The translations under genes and the position numbers were made by a program. A model generated the notes under the pieces. The model searched no databases. It was not told where the DNA came from and was given only the letters and a program-made list of their open reading frames with translations. A stretch of 50,380 nt of DNA from Tubiluchus corallicola (Eukaryota; Animalia; Priapulida). Location of the stretch: positions 1 to 50,380 of the forward strand of contig JAQGDQ010001274.1 in assembly GCA_030141605.1 (NCBI GenBank). Reading direction: 5' to 3'. How positions within the stretch are numbered: the first letter of the stretch is position 1; each line of letters starts with the position of its first letter. Shown in pieces: positions 12,296 to 26,566 of the stretch.

Positions 12296-13118
12296 AGGTC
12301 TATAAAGGACTTTAAAGGACATATCATATGCACCTTTTAATGCCTATTGTTTTCAAACTTTCTCTGCTACAGATTTCACGTGTGGATAGGCCTGCGTAAA
12401 ATTTCTCATCTATCTTGTCTTCAGACGTTATTCTCGACGTTATCAAATCGCCGTTGATCAATGCATTCAGGCCGTGAAATTCGATTAAGACTTTAGTGAA
12501 TCGTTAAATTTCACTTGCAGCGAAACTGCAGATGCACTCATCAATACACAGCTATCCTCATTTATGAACTGAAATGCGCTTCAAGCTGTGTGAGATTGCA
12601 CATACTGAAGGTCTCCTTGGACTTGTCATTATTCATGCTTGTAGGTGAGGCACCTGTTATGAAACCCTGAAGTTCTGCTTTTGGGATGTTATATAATATA
12701 GTCTACTGTTTGCTGTTTGTGGTGGTTTTGCTTGTTTTTCAATGAATGATGTTTCCACAAGGAACTAAAGATTGTGTGTGAACTTCATATTCTCTCCGAG
12801 CTTGGATGTTCTCTTTCGTGACGAGCTTCTTGGCTACTTGATGGACTTACAAAGCCACAATGCTCTTTTTATAGTCTCTACGTAATGAATAGCTTGTCCT
12901 TGACACTGCAAATTTTCAGACTGCTTCTTTGACTGTCAAGTGAAATCGGTCTTAATCAGGTGATTGTCAGCTCACTTCGCTGATCTCACTGACAAATAAA
13001 TGAGAAAATCCCAAAGCCTATAGCCCTGTACTTTCAATATGTTTTTATGTTGCTTTTTGATGGCCATTTTAAGCGTGCCGCACTTGCTGCACAAACGTGT
13101 AAGCTTCTAAATTTTACA

Positions 13119-13570
<452 letters not shown>

Positions 13571-13969
13571 TAATTTTTAAAATTTAATATATATATAAAT
13601 TGCACGTTACAGTTAGGTCTTCATACATATGTATATAAATGTAAACTGTATCGCAGGTTTTATTTCCTGGGCAGCAAGTGTAAGTAAATCCGCAAGCTGT
13701 TCATGCCCTTCCAGTATCTGAATAGAGCTTCAGCTTCGCGCCGGTGATGTTCGCAAAAGTACACCTTTTGCTGAAATCAGGAAATGTCATTTATGGAATC
13801 ACTCGATATTTGAGTATCTGATTTAAATAAACGATTGCTGTCATATCAGTCTGTTTCAGCTTCACTGCATGCTTCATGGGCTGTAGATAGAGACTTGATT
13901 AAACTAAGAAATGAAATTTAAATTCTTCGTGTTTGATGGACTAAGTTGTGTATAATTTACATTTATAAT

Positions 13970-14952
13970 CGCGGCTGGATGATGACCTTCCGGGGCTCCT
14001 AGGCTAATGAAATTATGGGCCACCCTTTAACTCGCCTGATGACCTTCCGGGTCCCCTAGGCTAATGAAATTATAGGCCACCCTCTAACTCACCTTACGAC
14101 CTTCTGGGGCCCCTAGGCTAATGAAATTATGGGCCACCCTCTAACTCACCTTACGACCTTCTGGGGCCCCTAGGCTAATGAAATTATGGGCCACCCTCTA
14201 ACTCACCTTACGACCTTCTGGGGCCCCTAGGCTAATGAAATTATGGGCCACCCTCTAACTCGCCTTACGACCTTCCGGGGCCCCTAGGCTAATGAAATTA
14301 TGGGCCACCCTCTAACTCGCCTTATGACCTTCTGGGGCCACTAGGCTAATGAAATTATGGGCCACCCTCTAACTCACCTTACGACCTTCCGGGGCCCCTA
14401 GGCTAATGAAATTATGGGCCACCATCTAACTCACCTTATGACCTTCTGGGGCCCTTAGGCTAATGAAATTATGGGCCACCCTCTAACTCACCTTACGACC
14501 TTCTGGGGCCCCTAGGCTAATGAAATTATGGGCCACCATCTAACTCACCTTATGACCTTCTGGGGCCCCTAGGCTAATGAAATTATGGGCCACCCTCTAA
14601 CTCGCCTTATGACCTTCTGGGGCCCTAGGCTAATGAAATTATGGGCCACCATCTAACTCGCTGGCCACCCGTCTTGGATATTTTTACTCGTGTTACATTT
14701 AGCCTTATTCACAAACCATGGAGTAAACTTATTCTTTTAATGAACTGGAATAGTTATCGTTTGTTTGTCAATAAAAATATTCTTTAAGGAATACCATTTA
14801 CTATTTATTGCAAACTGAATTAGCACACATTTCAACACAGCGTAGTGAAGAAACGGGTCTTTTACCAAATGTTATAAAAGCTTGGGGGCCTTTCAAGCTT
14901 GAGGGATCCTTAGACTACAGCTTATACTAATGTGTACTTATATCCTGACGTG
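13970..14952 (+). mobile_element. hAT-type MITE carrying an internal 57-bp array
   Basis: Perfect 8-bp TSD TTTATAAT (13962-13969 and 14953-14960). Degenerate TIRs CGCGGCTGGAT / ATCCTGACGTG. GGGGCC-type subterminal motifs at both ends. Confidence 0.7.
13984..14660 (+). repeat. 57-bp minisatellite x~12
   Basis: GACCTTCTGGGGCCCCTAGGCTAATGAAATTATGGGCCACCCTCTAACTCACCTTAC at 13984, 14041, 14098 and onward. Confidence 0.95.
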
Positions 14953-15110
14953 TTTATAATCCTGTATTGGATGTTTTTCCAAGAAGTCACCGTGGACTAG
15001 TGAAAACTGATTGATTTATTATTGCACAGCTATTTTAAACATGTAATGGATAATTCTGCCTTGTTCTCATTTGGTATTCCGACTTTAAAAACTTTCTTTT
15101 TTTCTTTTAG

Positions 15111-15152
15111 CCGGATAATATGCTTAATCCATGGATTGATAAATTCATGTTG
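15111..15152 (+). CDS. INPP5A: Type I inositol polyphosphate 5-phosphatase, first exon seen (42 bp): PDNMLNPWIDKFML
   Basis: Long pyrimidine tract TTTTAG acceptor and GTGAGT donor, phase 0/0. Aligns with INPP5A PENLQKNWLREFYQ (recalled). Confidence 0.8.
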
Positions 15153-15215
15153 GTGAGTATTTTTTTGTCTCATGACGTATTTACAAATTTGTTTTTTTAT
15201 AAACTATAAATAAGT

Positions 15216-16096
15216 AACCTGTGCCAGTTTGAAAATAAGATTTCCTGTCTTGCTTACAATGGCTTCAGCGAGTTAGGAGTTTTAGTTTTTGTTAAAGGAA
15301 GACCGGACGATTGTTTAGACTCAATCTCATTTTAATTTACTGTCCAAAATATACATTTTCTTGCTTATGAAAGTTCACAAGTGTTCCTTATATTTGAATA
15401 ATTAGCTTAGAAAGTTAACGGGCAACCGAACACAGCTATTGCTAACTATTAGAAACTAACCACATTTTGTGCAATGGCAGGCGTCTTCTCTTGCGCGTCA
15501 AGCACATTTGCAGTGTTACAGTACTGCTTAAACACATGATGACACGAAAAATGGGCTTTACATCATATGACGTCAGAAACTAACACTGCAGTTCATGATC
15601 ATGCGTACCACGGTACCGTCTTCTATTTGTTAGCCACGCGCATGTGGCAAAAAGGCGCCGCTGCCAATCTTAGTAGATTCACTGAGCCGCGCGTAGCTTT
15701 GAAAGTTTAACGATATTTGATTATCCGAGGTAATTTTTATTTAATGTAAGCTTTGATTCAAAATAAGCTATTGTAGTTTTCAATATTTTAGAGCATTCTT
15801 TATTCTGAACTAATGTTTACATAATCATCTAGTTTTCTTTAAGCATCATTGTTTAGGCGCCCTGTGCATCGCCATTCGAGCATGTAGAATGCTTAGTGTT
15901 ACTATTTAGATAAACTATCAAACAATGCTAATTTCCTTCTAAAGTTCTTATCCCAGTGCTGTCACCACACCAGTGAAGACGAGAACAAAGAGCAAACGTA
16001 TGCACAGAAAAACTAAAACTTCTAACACACTGAAGCCATTGTAAGCAAGACAGGAAATCTTATTAAACAAACTTTTTTACAAACTGGCGCTGGTCA
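15216..16096. mobile_element. MITE-like element with ~70-bp TIRs, interrupted by Kolobok-like copy 2
   Basis: AATAAGATTTCCTGTCTTGCTTACAATGGCTTCAG...TTTTAGTTTTT (15234-15290) vs AAAAACTAAAAC...CTGAAGCCATTGTAAGCAAGACAGGAAATCTTATT (~16008-16064). Confidence 0.7.
15296..15838 (+). mobile_element. Kolobok-like element, copy 2
   Basis: TTAA flanks; homologous to 4188-4736 along its length. Confidence 0.8.
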
Positions 16097-18601
16097 TGTG
16101 TTGCAGTACTATGGTTATTATGAATACATTAAATTTTTCTGTACTGTTATATCTTTATAACACTTTGATGTTGTCCAATTACACATGGATTTTGTTGTAT
16201 TCATTCACTATAGGCCGTAGAACAAGTGTGTAATATCAGTCTATTATCATGTTAACTTCACGAATTTTTTTGCAAAGTTTCATGCTTGTGGATGTCATTA
16301 TGTACGTTTTTGCAAGTATTTATACGTTTTCCCGTAACTTGTGTTTGTCCGAATGCCCGAGTTGCTTCCCTTACACGTACACGTGCGTGTGGATGTCCAG
16401 TATTTGTGGAGTGCTCCGAACACTGTGCTCGCTTTCACACTCCAGTAAAAAAAGGCGGCATGAATATATCTGAAGACGCCTGAGGTCCTGTGAAGACAGG
16501 TATATGTGTGCGTGTATGTGAAACAACCTTATGTTGCCGTGGGCCAGTGTGAAAATTTGTCGAAGAGCAACGTTGTAATTTGCCACTTGAGTAGAAACTG
16601 TAATCATGCTCTCATTGTGCTTGTTATACTTTTTGGGGGCCTCTAATCGTTTAACGCCGGTGTCCTTTCACTCCTTTGGCTTATAACAGCAGTACAAACG
16701 TACCATTATAACGCGCTTGGTTAGTTGAAGCCCACTGCATTACTGTCATCAACTTATTGAACTTAATATATGTCAACGCTGTTGAAGTACTGAAGTGTAG
16801 CCTACTGAGAGACGGGGAGCAGGTCGCCTGTAATGATTTTAGTTTACTTGGAGCTGCTGACCGCGTGTAAGTTGCACAATGGCTGTCTGATTGTCACGAA
16901 TGCTGCTCAGTCATGCGTGACGGTACAGCAAACGGAAAAGGTCGCGACGTTCGAATTCGTTTTCTGACTTCTAGGAGGTAAAACGCGCTCAGGATGCTGA
17001 TGAAATTTTCAGCCCGTTGTTTTGCTTGAATAGCGCAGAGTAGACTGTTTGTTTGAAGTGTGGAAGAAGCTTTTCTAAAATGCTTCCTTTTTGTATTCTT
17101 CTGTAATCATATGAATGTTGCTAGTGTACAGTGTACACACTCTACCAGTGTAACTTACATTGAATGAGCAATATATGTTGTGTCTCTGTGATCTTTCTTT
17201 CATTTTAATAAGACTTAGAAATTGAAAGTTTTTAGCTTGCGGATTTATTTAGAAATTTGTGAGTGGCATTGATACAGTTGCACCTGAACACCAACTTGGG
17301 AATTGACAATACAGTAGTATTTGTACATCCTAATAGATCCCTGCGTGCGCAGCAAATTTAAGTTTAAGGATTTTAATTACAGAAACACGAATGTGTGGTC
17401 GTAGATCACGAATTCTTCAATAGACAGCTGAGCAGTATGAATGAATGTTTGAGGCCTGTAAGCAAATCATCGATTAAGCTGCCTATTAATCTCCTCCCTA
17501 CTTGTCATTAATTAGTGCAGTGAGGTATGATTATCCCTAATTATCGGCATATAATAATGTGCAGAAATGTTGTTAGTGACTACCGGCTATTTAGTGAATT
17601 ATTCGAAGTTAAGCTCATTAATTATGAGCTAAACTTTAGCTTGCTAAATGTTAATTTACGAGGTGAAATTGAAATGATAGCAACACACATAGGATGACCT
17701 TGATCTTGGGTTATTAAAACCAGAAGTTCGTTCAGGGATCTATATTTTCGTTTTGCAAAACTTGTAACTTTGCTCAACTACCATGAAAACATAAATATTT
17801 TATGTTACGCCAGCGCGAGCCTCAAATGTTTTCAATAAGTAACATGTTTAAACTTTAAAGCAAGTCGGGTTAACACAATGTTGTTCATCCGCGTTTAGCA
17901 ACCGTGTAACTTGTCTGAAGTCAAATAGAAACGTGTGCTGTTGACGTAGATATTTACCTTGAAAACAGGTGTAACAATGAACCAGGCAACTGCAAAACGT
18001 TTAGATATTTCCGCAGGCGATGTTAATAGGTAAGCCTATGACATAGGTACACAGGTACACGAAAATTGGAAGCGGTATATTTCAGAACGTCAGAATGCGC
18101 GGGCGGGTAAAGTGTGGGTCTGTTCTGTTGCAGTCTGTTCGGCAAAGAAAATCATGAATAGACTGAAACGAATTACACTAAACCAAATGCTAACGATGAT
18201 GCTTACAATTGTCCAACGTCCATGTCCGGGTAGACTGCTGTTCCTTCAGGTAAACTTAAGACATATTAAACCCCACTTCTTCCAACAATTGCTTTGCCTC
18301 AGGTATGCATAATGTTAATCGTAGATTTAAAGCCTCCGACATTCGCAGTTACCAAAGCACTTGGGATTTTCTTCTTTTCGGGACTGGACAAGTTCAAGGC
18401 TGCATTAGCACAGTACTTTTTACAAACTTTATGGGTCGAAAGACATCGTAAACATTTGGTGAAAAATAACCGCATAATTTTGCCACGTTTTTGTAACAAA
18501 ACGATACAAAAAAATAAAAAGAAATCTTGAGCCTAGATATGAAACAACCTTGTATTATATACAAGTCCGCAATCATGAGCACAGAAGCATGTCTTACTTC
18601 A

Positions 18602-19106
18602 GCTGTGATAGCTCACCATCCAGCCCAATATTTGCAAGTGCATTGTTTAGTTTCCTTGCGCTACAGTGACTACTAGTTAAGTACATTAATATTTTAAACA
18701 ATGCTGTGATAGCTCACCATCCAGACCAGTATTTGTAAGTGCATTGTTTAGTTTCCTTGCGCTACAGTAACTGCTAGTTAAGTACATTAATATTTTAAAC
18801 AATGCTGTGATAGCTCACCATCCAGCCCAATATTTGCAAGTGCATTGTTTAGTTTCCTTGCGCTACAGTGACTACTAGTTAAGTACATTAATATTTTAAA
18901 CAATGCTGTGATAGCTCACCATCCAGCCCAATATTTGTAAGTGCATTGTTTAGTTTCCTTGCGCTACAGTAACTACTAGTTAAGTACGTTAATATTTTAA
19001 ACAATGCTGTGATAGTTCACCATCCAGACCAGTATTTGCAAGTGCTTTGTTTAGTTTCCTTGCGCTACAGTAACTGCTAGTTAAGTACATTAATATTTTA
19101 AACAAT
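18602..19106 (+). repeat. 101-bp minisatellite x5
   Basis: GCTGTGATAGCTCACCATCCAG...TTTTAAACAAT at 18602, 18703, 18804, 18905 and 19006. Confidence 0.95.
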
Positions 19107-20651
19107 ATAGACTAACCATAACCTAAGTAACTAGTGAATTTTAAGAATATGTATATCAGCATTAAACTAGTACTATTGCTCAATTAAAAATATTGATAGG
19201 ATAAAGTAAATAATACTCTGAAAGAAGCAAATAATAACACAACTAACTTTTGGTATTATTTATGTTATGTAAATGCTCATGTGAGTGTCATGTAAATGCT
19301 TACTTCATTCTTCAAAAATTGATTGAGTGAGTGTAGTATGCTTTTGTTATTTACGCGTTTTGTGGTGTCTTATGGTATAAATATCCAGTCAGCTAAGAAC
19401 TCTTTTTTGATCTTTTTCTCTCGTAAATGAACTGCGAAAGTGTTTTAGAAACAATGTACCTGGCGAGCTTGCACAAGAAAATCTCCTGTGATGTAACGTA
19501 TCATTCAAAACTAACGACTGTAGTTATAAAGGACCGCAGGTAAGGTGATTTATAGATTAGAGCATCCGGTCTATGTATATGTTATATTGTACAAGCACTT
19601 CTGCCAGCCGATTATAAACAATTTTATATCTTGTTCTAGTTTGGACATTACTTCAGCCTTGGGATAAGTAATATTGATGGTAAAAAATGACTGTATTTAT
19701 GCCCAACTGTGGCAGGAATTTAGGCCTGCTTTACTCACAATCGTGTAAGTTCGGTATCATTAAAAAATTTAAACGTTTCATATGCCTACAAAATTCAATT
19801 GCCCGTTGAAATATAATGTGGTTATATAATTGACGTTAAACATATTGGTCTATCGCTCCGCCTCCGCTGTAATGTAAGCACACTCAGCAGCATTCGGGAC
19901 AACAGCTCACGCAGGACAACAACTGTCTAAGCAAAACTAAACTAAACTAAACTAAACAACATGACAGTCACAACTAATGTCTAATCAGCAGATAAACTGA
20001 TTGCTCTTTTTCATAAACATAAGTTTGCAAAGCAGCAGCTATTTTTACACGAAATTAACACTTCAAGTAGCCAAAAACGAATTCAATTTAAATAGAATGT
20101 AGAGACGAAGTTGCAAAGCACTACAAAATGTAGAGACATGAGTATAATAAAGAAACTAAACCAGTTAGCTCTGTCGTACAATAAATTAGCAACAAAAATA
20201 TTAAATCTCTATTGCCTTTAAACATACGAACATCAAGCTTGCGATGTATTTTTCTATATTAGCTGATCATGTGCTCGTCTGCAAGATTTATTCAGTTTTT
20301 GTATTTTTCCGTTTGCGAAGCTACGGGAATAGAATAAATGTGACTGTTCCATTTCATAGACGACCCGTATAACGAATGACCGAGTCACACAAGACCCAAT
20401 GGCATCTTTTAACCATGATTATAACCAGAAAAATAGCTTAAAATTAGTTAATATTACATTGATGTATAATATGTTTTGATCACATTTGAATTAATTTTGA
20501 CTGTGAAGATCTCATTAAGGTTTTTAAAAACTGGCCAGAAAAGAAAACATTTTGTTTTGTCCTTATTTAAAATTAATCAAATAGTTGTTTTTATCTAACT
20601 TACAAAGCCATAAACTAAACTAAACTAAACTGCGTATTTTCTTGATTGCAA

Positions 20652-22171
20652 AATGGTTTAATCAGCAACTCATAGACATAAGCGTTGTGCATTTCTTCCT
20701 ATAAATGAAACTAGACTATATATTTTCACCAATTCACTTGCAATTTCAATTGACAATAATAAAATCTGGAACCAGGCTAATATTTTTCCCGCTAACTAAT
20801 GAAAAGTTGAGCATTTTTCATAACAGTGTTAGATGCAGCTGTAGCTAAATGTCCCGAACGTACCTGCTGCAGGGTGTGTGAAATAACTTGCACGCTGATT
20901 GGGCAGTCAACGAAAATGTTAGACGTCAATTCTCTGTGTTCAGTGTGTTGTGCTCTCTGTTCCGTTATTGTAAAGTGCTTGTTTAGGTTAGCAGTATTGT
21001 TTTCTGTTAAATAAATTCAAATTGAAAATTAGCGGGATTTCTTCATAGCATCTCTTCTAATAAGCACAGCGACTACAACTATATATATCCGCATACTCTG
21101 TTAACTCTTGAGTATAACGAGTCAACGAGGTCCAAGAATAAACTATTCTGCCGATGTTAATTCACGCACATCGCTGTTTTAATGGGAGATGGTGGATCAT
21201 TTGTGGAATCTTACAAAAAGAGAAACACGCGTAACTCGCAGTAGTGATGTGTAATTACCAGTTTGTTTGTTTTACCATCCCCTTTCCCGCAAATAAGTAC
21301 CCAAACCGACGAGGCTTAATTAAGTTTGACTAGCAAAAACATTTTGCAGAAAGTCGAAAACTTGCACTATAACAAGACAAACGACATCCACCAGTTATCA
21401 GTAATGCGCGAACGTCAACACGACAAACGACATCCACTAATTATCAGTAATGCGCGAACATTCTCCTAAGTTCTTCACGGGAAAGCAAATTGCACTGTTT
21501 ACATTCGATCCAGTTGAAATCTTTTCTAGACTTCGCATGTACATGCTGTATACATATGATTGGTTTTAATATAAGTAATTTATGGTAATTCTCGCCAGAG
21601 TGCCGGCTTCAGATCATTCGAACTTCTGGGTGTTCTCCACAAGTCGAAATTCCTGCTGCTTCAATAAAATGAAGCCACACAAACAAAAATAACTTTCTCT
21701 TTCAAAAGACTTTTTTCATTGAGAAGTTAACAGCTCCCGTCCAGCTGTGAGATGAACTTACAGTAGACCTACATAGAATCCCATACAGCTTTCGTTTTCG
21801 TTTAGTTTACAGTTCTCGCAATTCGTGCAATTGATCCTTGAATAACTGAATTTGCCCAGATATGGCAAAGTAATGATAAAGATTGTTTTTGAAGACAGTA
21901 AGCGTGAACCGTTTTTTTTCCGTTGCTCGTCTCAGAGTGACCCCTGGGTGTGTGTGTGTGTGTGTGTGTGTGCGTGTGCGTGTGTGCGTGTGTACGTGTG
22001 TGTGTGGTGTTACCGGAACTTCATTAGTTAGCGGAAGAAACATTAACCTGGTTCTAGATTTTATTATTGTCAATTGAAATTGCAAGTGAATTAGTGGAAA
22101 TATATAGTCTAGTTTCGTTTACAGGAAGAAATGCAGAACGCTTACGTCTATGAGTTGCTGATTAGACCATT
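20652..22171. repeat. ~152-bp inverted repeat pair (20652-20803 / 22020-22171); possible 1.5-kb TIR element
   Basis: AATGGTTTAATCAGCAACTCATAGAC...GCTAACTAATGAA vs TTCATTAGTTAGCGG...GTCTATGAGTTGCTGATTAGACCATT. Confidence 0.75.
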
Positions 22172-22197
22172 ATATATATAATGGTATTGGTAGTTTA

Positions 22198-22713
22198 CAG
22201 AGAGGTACATAACTTTTGTTAGGTTGTACAAAAGCAGCAAGTAATAATATAGAACAAAGAACAATTTATTTCATCAAACTATTGCTCAAACAGTTGCTAA
22301 TCTTCATGCATTCAAAATTTGGCGCGAGGTTACGATCCGAGCGGTGGTGACCTGAAAAGGCGCCGGAATTAAATTTTTCCATTGAATTGAATGGCTGGTA
22401 AATTCCATGGACCTCTACCTCGCCAAACACCCTGGAGCTATCCTGAAGGACAGGATGAACGGTAAGATGGGAAAAAAACGTACCATTGATCAGTATTCAA
22501 GAGATAAACTGCAAGATGTATTAGAATCTTGAGTTCTTCGAGTCACTGTTCTAATCGTACTGTCAAGATTGCACGTTGTACGTGACATATAAGGTCTCTA
22601 CTGGCATGAAGACTTGCGGTTGTTTAAAATAATAAAACTTTGGTGTAATAAATAGTTCTGTACTATTAGTACTACATTGTTGTATCCCCAGCAAAACGTT
22701 ATGTACCACCCCG
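22198..22713 (+). mobile_element. Internally deleted Tc1-like transposon with decayed transposase C-terminus
   Basis: TA-CAGAGAGGTACATAACTTTTG...CAAAACGTTATGTACCACCCCG-TA. ~22386-22455 reads IEWLVNSMDLYLAKHPGAILKDR, a decayed WPxNSPDLNPxExxxxxLK motif. Confidence 0.7.
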
Positions 22714-23475
22714 TATTACTGTTGTACATAATTATTGTCATTGTTTATGTAAAGAGAATTTTGCCACACCTTTGCCTGTCAATTGCCTACTAGCTTCTGG
22801 GTAAAAATGACCTGTTATTTTTGACAATTTCATACATTTAGGACCGGCATATTCGTATGAAAACCGGTATTTGGAAAGTGGAGTCGTTAAAGGCGTGACA
22901 GGTAGAAACCAATGACGTCAACAGTTAAAGAAATGTTTGGATGACGAAGATAAATTTATCTGACTTGCGTTAAGCATTAATATTTCGTGCTGTTTTCTTA
23001 AATGAGGCTAAGAGTCGTTATTTGTATTGGTCAGTTAAAGAAACTTGTCAACACTTCTGCTTCTGGGCTCGTTAAAGCTCAGATGTGATTATTTCTGCCA
23101 GTCGTTTGTCGAAACAGTTTGTATCAGATGATGTTTGAAACAAGATTAGTTTTAAGTTTGTCATTTTAAAATGATCCAAATCAAGAGTCATTGGTGAAAA
23201 ACTGGTGAACTATCAGATAAACGTGATTCGTTCCTCAGATGAAATTCTGGGTCTGTAGATGTTGCTGAAGAACAGACTTAGCATCACCCACCCATCCAAA
23301 TGGTCATTGATTCAGAATCGATGTTTTATGTACGTTCGTGATGTCGCAACCCGCAATCCACTATCCAGTGGCAAAGCCTACTTATTTCATTGACGTGTGT
23401 GGCATGACTGGGATATCTATTTTTTGTAAGGATAATCCTGTAAGCAGGGGAAATGTTTTAGTTACATTTGGATGT

Positions 23476-23727
23476 ATAATATATATATAATATATTATAT
23501 ATATTATATTATATTATATTATATTATATTATATTATATTATATTATATTATATTATATTATATTATATTATATTACATTATATTACATTACATTACATT
23601 ACATTACATTACATTACATTACATTACATTACATTACATTACATTACATTACATTACATTACATTACATTACATTACATTACATTACATTTATAATATAT
23701 ATATATATATATATATAATATATATAC
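23476..23727. repeat. (TATAT)n/(TACAT)n/(TA)n microsatellite
   Basis: Direct reading. Confidence 0.95.
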
Positions 23728-25213
23728 CTACGTCTTTAACACAAACGTAGCAACACTATGAGGCAGCTCTTCGTCATTTGTGCTGACCTTTGTAAGATCC
23801 ATATTTTTAAAAATTGGGTTTTTTATTTACGACTATCGGTCTTTCTATTTTTAATTATTTTAGTTTCCGTCAGGCCAGTGCCATTTTTTCACTGCTGTTG
23901 ACCAAGACGACTGTCTTGTCCACTTGCATTACTCCTGACAATTCCAGTTAACTCCATAAAAGTGAGGTTATAAGGATTTATTTTGGAGGACATTAAAGAT
24001 TTTGGTTAAAGGTAAAAACTAAACTGAACACTAATAGCGACGGATAACACTGTAAGTTCGTGAAACCAAATAATATATTTTATTTTACTCCGAATCTAAA
24101 AAACTCTTTCAGCGCCAGCAGTGGTTCATTAAGGACAAGAAAAGGGGCACCTGAAGTAGGTTTCAGAAAATCACCTGAAAAAGTTATATTACTTTACAGC
24201 AATTTTATGCACATATCGTATTCGCGTTGAAATGAATTTTCGTTTGTTTTCATTTTAAATCTCCCGCAGTACTGTTACATGACGTCACTACGCCACGTAA
24301 ATCAAGGGAAGAAAGGCAAATGTTAAATTATGACCCCAAAAACTTTCCGTGCAAATCTATATTACTTAACATTTCACTTACCTACTGGAAGGACTTATGT
24401 AACTAGACTAATAATTTAAAATCTTTATGGCAGTTGATAAAATGTCGCTGACTCACCTTCCAGGGTGCACCACTCATTAGCCAAAAACGTATTTTTAATC
24501 TTATCGACAAGATACAGTAATTTAAAATCTTACTTAATTAGCAATATGTATGCTACGGATGCTCTGATTATTTTTTCAAACTTTGCTTAATGTTATCAAA
24601 ACTTGTTTTAAACGAACTACCATCAAAATGGCTGCGCCTAACGGTCACCGCGGGAGTTTAAATTTACACGTTTTATACAGCGCTACGGCCGATGCAAGCC
24701 ATGCGTACTGTATGTAAGAGGAATAAAATTTCGAGACGAATTTTTAAGCTTTATGTAAGTGGAGGGTTCTCTTGTGCTTTAATTAAGCTTTTTTATACAG
24801 CTGACAGACATGCCTGTAACATAAGTAAAGTTAACATAAGTAACTCAAGTAAAGTTCAAGTTTGTTTTATTTACAATACATTCACTTGCAAACTGTACTA
24901 TCACAAAACACGTTCATTCAATCATACTCGGATTTTGCTCTGGTTTTTTGCAGCTGATACGGTGTACTGTGAAGCCGCCATCTTTGATTTCTGGCTTCAG
25001 TCTCAGCTGGGCTGCTGTCCGCTCGTAATTAGGGTTTTATTTCCTTGCCACAGTTAGTATGAAATGTTTATTCGTTTCAGCCACAGAAACTACCGTGCAA
25101 GTATAAACATGACAACCGATCATCAAAACTGTTATCAGCATTGCTTGTCTGATGGGTCTGTGGGCATCCCAGATGGACAGTAGCTTGTAGCTGTGTGAGA
25201 AGCTGAGCTTTAA

Positions 25214-25766
25214 AGGAAAACCGGATGATTGTGTAAACACGACGAGTTCGGAATAAAGAATGCTCTAAAATATTGAAAACTACAATAGCTTTTTTTAAAT
25301 CAAAGGTTTAGATTAAATAATAATTACCCTGGATACTAAAATTTCGTTAGACTTTCAAAGTTACGCGCGGCTCAGTGAATCTACTAAGATTGGCAACAGC
25401 GCCTTTTTGTCACGTGCGCGTGGCCGATAAATAGAAAACGGTACAGCGATGAGCATGATCATGAATTGCAGTGTTAGTTTCTGACGTCATATGATGTAAA
25501 GTCCATTTTTCGTGATAGCATGCGTTTAAACAGTACCATAACACTTATGCAAATGTGCTTGACGCGCAAGGGAAGACGCCTGCCATTGCACAAACTGTGG
25601 TTAGTTTGTGACGTTAGCAATAGCTGTGTTCGGTTGCCGTTAATTAACCTTCTAAGCTAATTATTCAAATATAAGGAACAATTGTTAACTTTTATGTGCA
25701 AGAAAATGTATATTTTAGACAATAAATTAAAATAAGATTGAGTCTAAACAATCGTCCTGTCTTACT
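25214..25766 (-). mobile_element. Kolobok-like element, copy 3 (reverse orientation)
   Basis: TTAA-AGGAAAACCGGATGATTGTGTAAAC...GTCTAAACAATCGTCCTGTCTTACT-TTAA. Confidence 0.8.
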
Positions 25767-26301
25767 TTAATTTTTGACTGTGGTGAATTGAAAATGATAC
25801 GAATTATTGGAGTTTGTTGTGCTTGTTGTTGACATTGAAATATTAAAATTGCGTATTTGTTAGTACCGGATTGTATTGCTTGAATGGCAGCTTGGGTTTT
25901 GTACCGGGTACAGCCACGTGCTTTAACCGGTCTTTAAACTTCAAAATACAAGGTGTAATCTCAAATGATGGGAAAGATGGATAAGATGCTAGACTAATAA
26001 AATAACAAAAGCCCACTGGTAGTTAAACTGCCTTGTAGGAGTCTCGATCTTGGTGTGAAATTTAACAACTAATTCCACTTACGTTTAAGGCAGATGCGCA
26101 GGACGGTTTTTATTTCAAACAAAGAAAAAAATACAGTTCTTTATTACACGAAATATGTATGCAGAAAGTGAATCCGGAGTAAGGAAAAACTTTTGGTCGG
26201 TATAAGCAACAGATTTCATAGACTTGATCGTCTCTGAACAAACGTAACAAGATAATTCTTTCATAGGAAGTAGGAGCCATAGGATCAAGTCCTGATTGAA
26301 A

Positions 26302-26566
26302 CAGGGCCGGATTAAGGGGGTGGGGGGGGGGCAAGGGGCCCAGGCGGGGGCCTCCCACCAATATAGGCTATGATTTTATGTGATGATATGTATATACTGT
26401 ACATAGGTGTTGCCATTTTAAAGAAAGGGCTCCTTTACAATAGAGGATTTCTTAACTAAAAGTGTCCCATTTATATATTTGGATTTAGGTTATTAGTCGG
26501 TGGTCTATGCAATAGGGGGAGTTGGAAAGGGGGCGCCAGGCCTCCCACGTGCTTAATCCAGCCCTA
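26302..26566 (+). mobile_element. hAT-type MITE
   Basis: CAGGGCCGGATTAAG...CTTAATCCAGCCCTA TIRs with perfect 8-bp TSD GATTGAAA. Confidence 0.9.

Noticed and set aside
17978-18036. ATG...AG|GTAAGC segment (MNQATAKRLDISAGDVN) as a nested first exon
   Set aside because: No recognisable homology; its phase 2 does not match the next INPP5A exon (phase 0).
18299-18499. Minus-strand ORF containing LVTANVGG, resembling the INPP5A N-terminal LVTANVGS motif
   Set aside because: Wrong strand, located downstream of the next exon, no suitable donor and no flanking similarity; treated as chance.
24007-25000. TTAA-AGG start suggesting another Kolobok-like element (also at ~12310 and ~26746)
   Set aside because: No matching opposite terminus found.
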